Shown: one piece after another, positions 57,096 through 64,000 of the stretch | How positions within the stretch are numbered: the first letter of the stretch is position 1 | Layout: every line of letters begins with the position of its first letter | Source: Malacoraja senta | Taxonomy: Eukaryota | Assembly: GCA_038087875.1 (NCBI GenBank) | Contig: CM075986.1 | Span: 2,542,001 to 2,606,000, forward strand | Reading direction: 5' to 3' | DNA length: 64,000 nt | Program-made: the position numbers and the translations under genes | Notes under the pieces: generated by a model | Seen by the model: only the letters and a program-made list of their open reading frames with translations | What the model was told of the DNA's origin: nothing | The model's database searches: none

Positions 57096-57879
57096 CATAG
57101 AAATAAACATATTTGAAAAAACACAAGAGATATATCATATTTCTCTGCAAAGCACAAATTAATTACTCAGAATTGAAACAATTACACATGAGTTCAGAAT
57201 TTATCTTAATCAATATTCAAAACTCTCTTCATTTTCTTTGATATAATCACATTTTTTTTTGTTTTTCACCCCAGTTTCACCCAAAATGTTACACTTTCAG
57301 CCTTTATTCCACTGTCAGGCTTTTGATCAGTGCATCACACAAACCAGTGGGACTGCTCAGTAATCAATATGTGCATTCCCAATGACCAGGTCTGGTTCTC
57401 CGAAAGTGAAATTAATGCGATTGTTAATTCTAAATGGTTGATTTTTATTTCTGGGTTATAAATTTACCAGTGACAAAAATACAATTTTATTTTCTGAGAA
57501 AGCTGGGGGATATGGGCAATATTCTTATTTTATCAGTTCAAACCAACAGCAATCTCTAATGGTCTTTGATTTTAGGATATATTAGTGTTTTCAGATAACA
57601 TTCATAAATTGAATTTGTGTTTCTGCAAAAACTGAAACCTAGTGAACTATATTTTTCATGAAAAAGTAGTTACAATGGAATGTGGTTTCACATACATTTT
57701 ATTTTAAGGCCGAATCTATTGTAATCAATTTAATCAAGTGTAATTCTGAAGTGCTTTAGTAACGTAAAAAGCAGTAGGTGCCTAGAAGTAAAAAATGTTT
57801 ATTTTTTGAGTGGATGTCTGCCCTGCCTAATACTTTGACTGACACTTGATATACGCAGTCCTATCTTTTTTTTTAGTTT

Positions 57880-58198
57880 AATTTAGTTTATTATTGTCAC
57901 ATGTGTTGAGGTGCAGTGAAGAGCTTTTTTGTTGCGTGCTATCCAGTCAGCGGAAAAACTATTCTTGATGCGATCAAGCCGTCCACTGTGTACAGATGCA
58001 GGATTAAGGGGATTACGTTTAGTGCAAGATAAAGTCCAGCAAAGTCCAATTAAAGATAGTCCAAGGGTCTCCATTGAGGTATATAATAGATCAGGACTGC
58101 TCTCTAGCTGGTGATAGGATGGTTCAGTTGCCTGATAACAGCTGGGAAGAATCTGTTCTTGAATCTGAAGGTATGCGTTTTCACACTTCTGTACCATT
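57880..58198 (-). mobile_element. Rex1/Babar-type 3' fragment
   Basis: YRSVKTHTFRFKNRFFPAVIRQLN. Colinear with 300-610. Confidence 0.82.
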
Positions 58199-58429
58199 TG
58201 GATACTAGAAGTCCTAAACTGCTCATTCCCTCCTCTATCTCATGGTTCCAAGATGTACACATGCCAACCAGGCTGAACAGTGACATCCATCTCTTGGAAT
58301 GTAAGGATTCCAGCTTCCATTCATTAATTGGAATGGAGAGCAATCCTGTGTATCTCAAAATACATCATTAAAAATGGACCAGAGTTAGAATACCACACAA
58401 GGACGGCAAGGTGGGAGAAACAGTGAGAA

Positions 58430-58668
58430 AAGAAGGGTCTCGACCTGAAACGTCACCCATTCCTTTTCTTCAGAGATGCTGCCTGTCCCACTGAGTTACT
58501 TTCAGCAATGTGTCTATCTTCAGTGTAAACAGATATAGCTCTTAGGACTACCAGAATCAAGGAATAAGGGGAGAAAGTAGGAATGGGGTACTGATTTTGG
58601 ATGATCAGCATGATTATATTCAATGTTTCTATGTTTCTAAACCAATATCTGCAGTTCCTTCTTACAGA
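58430..58668 (+). mobile_element. Hammerhead/pLTR unit whose tail is split by a CR1 3' tip (58531-58638)
   Basis: AGAAGGGTCTCGACCTGAAACGTCACCC...GTGTAAAC|CR1|TAAACCAATATCTGCAGTTCCTTC. Confidence 0.75.
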
Positions 58669-58992
58669 TAAATATCAGTGATTGCTTAGAATGGCAAAAT
58701 TTGACGACAATGAAGTAAATCCCCAAATCTCTTTTTCCACTTATTCACAATTGTTTCCTGTAAATATTAAGAAGGTTTTTTTTAAGAGAGTGCAATTGTC
58801 CTACCAAAGACTGGTAAATCCCCACAGCATTTGGATTTAAGTAGCATTCAATATAATAAAGCTTTCAGTCATTGTATGATGAGAAGTTGTTTGGTATGCA
58901 CCAAGTAACAGAATATATATTGACTGAGTGAATAATTTTAGATTTTATAACGTCACATTATATCCATGATATCCTTTCTATGCAACAGAATG

Positions 58993-59480
58993 AGTCAAGA
59001 GTGTGTAATTGTCATATGTACCAGCAGTGGTAAAATTAATTTCTTACGTTGCAGCCTAACAGACCAGTTGACGCAATAATACATAGATAAATATATAATT
59101 ATCAATAATACAATCATTTAATAGTAGTAATACTAGGTAATCATAGCAGTGCATTAACTGAAGTCTGTTAGACAAGCAAAGTCACAGTCTATAGAAGATG
59201 ATAGTTGCTGAGACAATGGTTAGTATTGTCAAGTGTTCAAGAGCTTGTGGTTGCTGCGAGGAAGCTGTTATTAAATGTGGTGATCATGATTTTCAGGCTC
59301 TTGCACTTCTTCCAGATGGTAGGAGCGAGATGAGAGTGCGACTGGGGTGGTGTGGATCTTCAATGATCGATGGCTGCCTTTTTTGATGCAGTGTCTCCAA
59401 TAAATGACTTTGATGGTGGAGAAGGCAGTACCTGTGATGGATCAGGCAATGTCTACTGCTCTCTGTCCACCTCCTTTGTT
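58993..59480 (-). mobile_element. Old Rex1/Babar-type 3' fragment
   Basis: Minus strand IEDPHHPSRTLISLLPSGRSARA..FNNSFLAA, with a CTCTTGACTC tail. Confidence 0.65.
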
Positions 59481-59628
59481 TTTGGGCGTATGAGGTCTCG
59501 ACCCCAAAACGTCACCATGTCCATGTCATCCAGAGATGCTGCCTGACCCATTGAGTTACTCCAGCACTTTGTATTTTAGTGCAGGTTCAGTCGGTAGATG
59601 AGGGTTTCAGATGATTGTGCTTACAGGC

Positions 59629-59744
59629 CACATCGATTATGTGCTCAATAACGGACTATGAAACAGACATGCTCTTTCAGGAAAAATAACATTGATGGAT
59701 AGACTGAGAAAAAGATTCAAAGATGTTCTTAAATCACCTTTGCA
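59629..59744. repeat. 116-bp perfect inverted repeat, arm 1
   Basis: Exact reverse complement of 60958-61073. Confidence 0.95.
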
Positions 59745-60600
59745 TCAAGATCTGTGAAATCCATGAGAAAATTTCTGGCAAAAGTTGTCCAGCAAGATTG
59801 AAAGTTTCATTGGAATCCCTGACTTCTTCACACATACATCGTTTCCCAGTAAGTTCTAGCCCTTCATATTTAATAGACATCCCAATGTTCCCATTTGATA
59901 ATTTATTGATATTATAAATCAGAATAGAATGCGTGCGTTTAAATTCCAGGCCCTCATTTTCTCAAGTGCATCATTGTTCTTGTAATTTGTATCTTCTCAC
60001 TCCAGATGGTCAGTAAACTCTGCTCCATGTGTGTTACTTAATTTCATTTATTAAGCCCAATAATCAAGTTATGCAGAAGCTGAAAGCCTTTTATTGCATT
60101 AAGTACAGAGATTTTTTTGTTGTTGAAAATATAAGCTCCAAGTTCAATCACTGCACGAGTCAAATCATCTTTACATCCTATTTTCAAATATTCTGTAAAG
60201 CGCATGTAACATGCTTTACTGTATATTAGCATGCGTATCACCTATAACATGCCATGTTTTCTGACAATGTAAGTTATGGGCAGAACATTATGAGTAATGT
60301 ATGCATTATTCCATTCCTACCTACCTGGCATTTGTGCTGTTCAAAATTGTTTGAAATTGGAGCTGTGCAAAGAGCAAGTCAATGTATATGTAGAGGATTG
60401 TGCACAAGACCCATTTGTTTTGCACAATGTAGACACCTAGAAGAGGTAAATACGAATTTGAGCCACATTTTAATCATACCTTCAAAATAAATACCATGAT
60501 GTCAACCTATGAAAATTAATACCCTTCAACAAAATCTGCATCATTATATCAATTATATTATCTATAATAATGAAATTGAAAGTGTAAAGTAGACTACCAG

Positions 60601-60695
60601 AGTCTGAAAAAGGGTCTTGACCCGAAACGTCACCCATTCCTCCTCTCCAGAGATGCTGCCTGTCCTGCTGAGTTACTCCAGCATTTTATGTCTAT
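60601..60695 (+). mobile_element. Solo hammerhead unit with 10-bp TSD
   Basis: AGTCTGAAAAAGGGTCTTGACCCGAAACGTCACCC. Flanks are CTACCAGAGT (60594-60603, overlapping the start) and CTACCATAGT (60696-60705). Confidence 0.8.
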
Positions 60696-60859
60696 CTACC
60701 ATAGTTCTGTTGTCAGCTGTAAAGTGGCTGCTTACTGAACAAGTGAATTCCTACAATAGATAGAACTGGCTTTGCACTGAACCTAGGTTTGAATGACAAT
60801 AAATAGCATTCCATTCCATTTATCCTTTCCTTATTGAGGGACATCAGATGTGTTCCTGA

Positions 60860-61200
60860 TGAAGGGACACAGTTTTTCAGTGCCATCATGAATGTTTCTT
60901 CTCCATTTGTGCAATCGTGATCTATTCATTCACAGGAGTCGGTGAGAATTACATTTTTGCAAAGGTGATTTAAGAACATCTTTGAATCTTTTTCTCAGTC
61001 TATCCATCAATGTTATTTTTCCTGAAAGAGCATGTCTGTTTCATAGTCCGTTATTGAGCACATAATCGATGTGCCTTGTCCATCAGATTCAGCTGAGTGT
61101 AACGAGGATCTCATTGCTGGGGCGATTAGTCTGGGCGAGGATACTGACATTGTTTTGCTTGCCCTGCTTGTGGATATCATCCCTCCGGAGCTGTGAGGCA
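60860..61200 (-). mobile_element. Ancient RTE-clade LINE C-terminal relic (contains arm 2 of the inverted repeat, 60958-61073)
   Basis: NNVSILAQTNRPSNEILVTLS..WTRHI...RKRFKDVLKSPLQKCN...KWRRNIHDG matches the RTE pattern TN.SVL..A..PSIE...LRWAGH...RKRFKD.LK..L...R..WR. Confidence 0.7.
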
Positions 61201-61226
61201 TCTGCCAGAGGTGGTCTATAACTCGA

Positions 61227-61517
61227 TGGCACGGAGGCGCAGCGGTTGAGTTGCTGCCTTACAGCGCCAGAGACCCGGGTTCGATCCTGACTATGGGTCC
61301 TGTCTGTACAAAGTTTGTATGTTCGCCGCATGACCTGTGTAACTTTTCTCCGGGAGCTCTGGTTTTCTCCCATACTCCAAAGACGTACAATTTTGGTAAA
61401 ATTGTAACTTGTCCCTAGTGTGTGTAGGATAGTGTTAGTGTGTGGGGATCGCTGGTCAGTGTGGACTCGGAGGGCCAAAGGGCCTGTTTCTGTGCTGTAT
61501 CTCTAAAATAGCCTAAA
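61227..61517 (+). mobile_element. V-SINE
   Basis: GGCGCAGCGG, GGGTTCGATCC, V core, tail. Confidence 0.9.
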
Positions 61518-61765
61518 CTACACTCAGAAGGTGTACCTTTGACTCAAACCAGCATTTGCAGTTCTTTCCTACACTCAGAAGGGATGGGAAGATGAGAAAT
61601 AAAGCAAAACCAAGGATAATTGAATGCAGAAATATCTGAATGTGTTAAGTGACGGAATTAAATATTTATCAACAATCATGACTGAAGAAGTGGTCTTATG
61701 CCCATAAGGTGCTTTTTAAAAAATTCTGTTGAAATTGGATGTTGAAAATGGAATCGACACATGAG

Positions 61766-62060
61766 TTTAGATAAATAGTTTTAGTTTTGGATTTAGAGAC
61801 AGCATGGAAACAGGCCATTCGGCCCATCAAGTCTGCATCGACCAATCATCACCTGTTCACACTAATTCTATCCTACACACTAGGGATAATTTATAGAAAC
61901 CAATTAACCTACAAACTTACATGCCTTTGGAATGTGGGAGAAAACCGGAGCAAACAGAGTAGACCCATGTGGTCACAGGGAGAACGTGCAAGCTCTGTAA
62001 AGACAGCACGAGTCTCTGGCGCTGTAAGACAGCAGCTCTACCGTTGCACCACTGTGTCGC
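61766..62060 (-). mobile_element. V-SINE
   Basis: Reverse-complement tail, V core and head. Confidence 0.85.
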
Positions 62061-62544
62061 TATTACATCATCATCATACTTAATTACTTTCCATACACTC
62101 ATTGGGACGCATTATTGTAAGCATGGGCCATTTGTGATAACAGCACCCCAGAAGTTTTCCAAAGAAGAAAAACTAATTAAGGAAGGACTTCAGGGAATAA
62201 AGTCATTGTTGGTGATATGGCAATGTAGATTTAGGAGCAAAGCCAGAAGAATTGAACCCTAATCATTGGAAATGTGAGGGAGCAGCTCCTTTAACTGTAT
62301 CACTGCACCATTTTAAGGAAGAGATGACTCTGCAATATGACGAATTTCAGATGCAGAATGAAAATGCAATCTTCTATGCACCAGGGGTATTTAGTAAGTA
62401 TCAATATGATTCCGTATAATCTGTTGCCTGTTCCAACCAAAATGTTCCATAACTTGAAAATATATTGATGCTGGCAACACACAATATTGGTCTCCTGTCG
62501 AATCTTCTTACCAATGTGATGGCAATTAGTGCTGGCTAGATGCA

Positions 62545-62640
62545 GTTTAGGTTAGTTCAGTTCATTTTATTTCATTTCAGTTCAGTTCAGTTCAGTTTAG
62601 TTTAGTTCAATTTATCTTAGAAATGCAGCTTGGAAACAGA
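62545..62640 (-). repeat. (TTCAG/TTTAG)n simple repeat, expanded SINE tail
   Basis: Pentamer run followed by AGAAATGCAGCTTGGAAACAG, a SINE 3' tip. Confidence 0.7.
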
Positions 62641-64000
62641 AGCTGAAATGAGAAATGCATAAATTGAGAAGCTCTGCAAATGTATTTGCCTGTAATAAAC
62701 TTTTGCCATGTGCCCATGGACAGGGCATACTGACTGGTGAAAAGGATCATGATCATTGGAAAAATATTCTTGAGCTATTAAATAATTCTCCAAAAATAAT
62801 TCCCTGAATATTGCTGAGCTCTGACAAGCTCACTTTCAACACAAAAAAGGGGAAATATTGTATTGGCTGATACACTCCACAGAGCATCATCACCAGGGAT
62901 TAGTACCAGTAATTTTATATGAGTTGGAACAAACCAATGCATCATGAAACTCTTCCAACTGGATCTGCATGTTGGGACCTTCAAGCCATGCTGTGGACTG
63001 TCTGGTTCAGATGCAATTTGGGGTTGTCATTCAGGGAGAATGGTCGAGAGTCAGGTAAGTGACGCCTGAATGTCTCCCTTTTACTTTGACTTTCAAGGCA
63101 AATGAACTGCACAAGGAAAAGTAATATTCACAATATTGGTAGGAACTGATCTTGACTAGCAAAGAGCTAGCCAGTTGCTCAAGCTTGTTTTCTTTAAATC
63201 CTTATGTTGACGATAATAAATCAGTTTCTCCAAAATGTCTCAAAGTGTGAAATTTGTTTGACACATCAAAGTGAGGCAAGTAAGAAATCTTGACTTCAAT
63301 TGTGGTTCCACCATTTGTGGACCTTGCCCATTAGAGCTGATCTCTGAAGGTTATGCATGATTATTTACAGCGTTTTCCATCAACCTCTACTGGCAGTGTT
63401 TCGAAACATATTCAGATAATGTTTGCTCGGTTTAGAATTGCACTCATTATGGTTACTGATGGTGAAACATCTGTGGAATTTGCAAAGGCATGGAGTTTTC
63501 AACCCCGACGGCTTGTCAGTTGTATCTACAATCATATGTCAAGCAATGAATACTGTCAACATTTTTAACAAGCTGTAAAGAGTGCACTGCTTCTGAATCT
63601 GCTGGATTGGTACAAAGTGCCAAATTAAAGAGGTAACTAGTTCCTATTGCAGATACACATGCTACAAGGTTGATATTCTATTGAAGAAGAGACGGGTACA
63701 TTGACTGGAATAAATGGTCGTCTGAGATTGTGAATTGTTGTGGTATGTACTGTAAGTCACCAGTGCTGTCCACCGTCCCCAAAGAGTACAGAGCAAGAAT
63801 AATGGCTGCTGATCCCATTAGTCAAACAAAGGTTGGTGATCTTAACATTGGACATCAGCACATGAAGAATGAGTGCCTGCTGTGATTGTGGTTGTTTGCA
63901 GTAAACAATGAAACATCTTTTTTGTGAGCAGAAAGATGTGAAGCGATCTATGGCCTTGCTAAGTAAATGTCATTACAGTGGGCAGTAAGGTCACATGAGT

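Noticed and set aside
59629-61073. The 116-bp inverted arms as TIRs of a DNA transposon
   Set aside because: There is no TSD, and the right arm is an internal part of an RTE relic continuing on both sides.
63011-63060. Strong donor CAG/GTAAGT with a short upstream frame
   Set aside because: Weak acceptor and no recognisable protein similarity.

Overview
Vertebrate repeat-rich intergenic or intronic DNA. It is very probably from an elasmobranch (skate, ray or shark), inferred from tRNA-headed V-SINEs of the HE1 type that share 3' tails with HER1/CR1 LINEs. I could not support any host protein-coding exon, rRNA, genuine tRNA or CRISPR array. There are two assembly gaps (3969-4201, 43755-43954). 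Mobile DNA dominates: one Tc1 (DD34E, IR/DR type) transposon with an uninterrupted 339-aa transposase and one decayed Tc1; three large CR1 LINE copies plus many fragments; about 19 V-SINEs; four PIF/Harbinger-type MITEs; an apparently env-less class-I-like ERV remnant with a complete 3' LTR; Rex/Babar, L2, RTE and DeuSINE relics; and Penelope-like (GIY-YIG) fragments. The most interesting signal is about 17 copies of a ~100-170 bp unit whose consensus is a minimal hammerhead ribozyme (CUGAAGA-A-GGGU-loop-ACCC-GAAAC-GUC). It derives from the Penelope pseudo-LTR, and several copies stand alone or as inverted pairs between their own 10-14 bp target-site duplications. Also notable are a perfect 116-bp inverted duplication of otherwise ancient sequence, a non-autonomous retroelement with a CTCF motif at its 5' end, and several templated junction insertions. 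Family names come from motif recognition, not database searches. Coordinates of old repeats are approximate.
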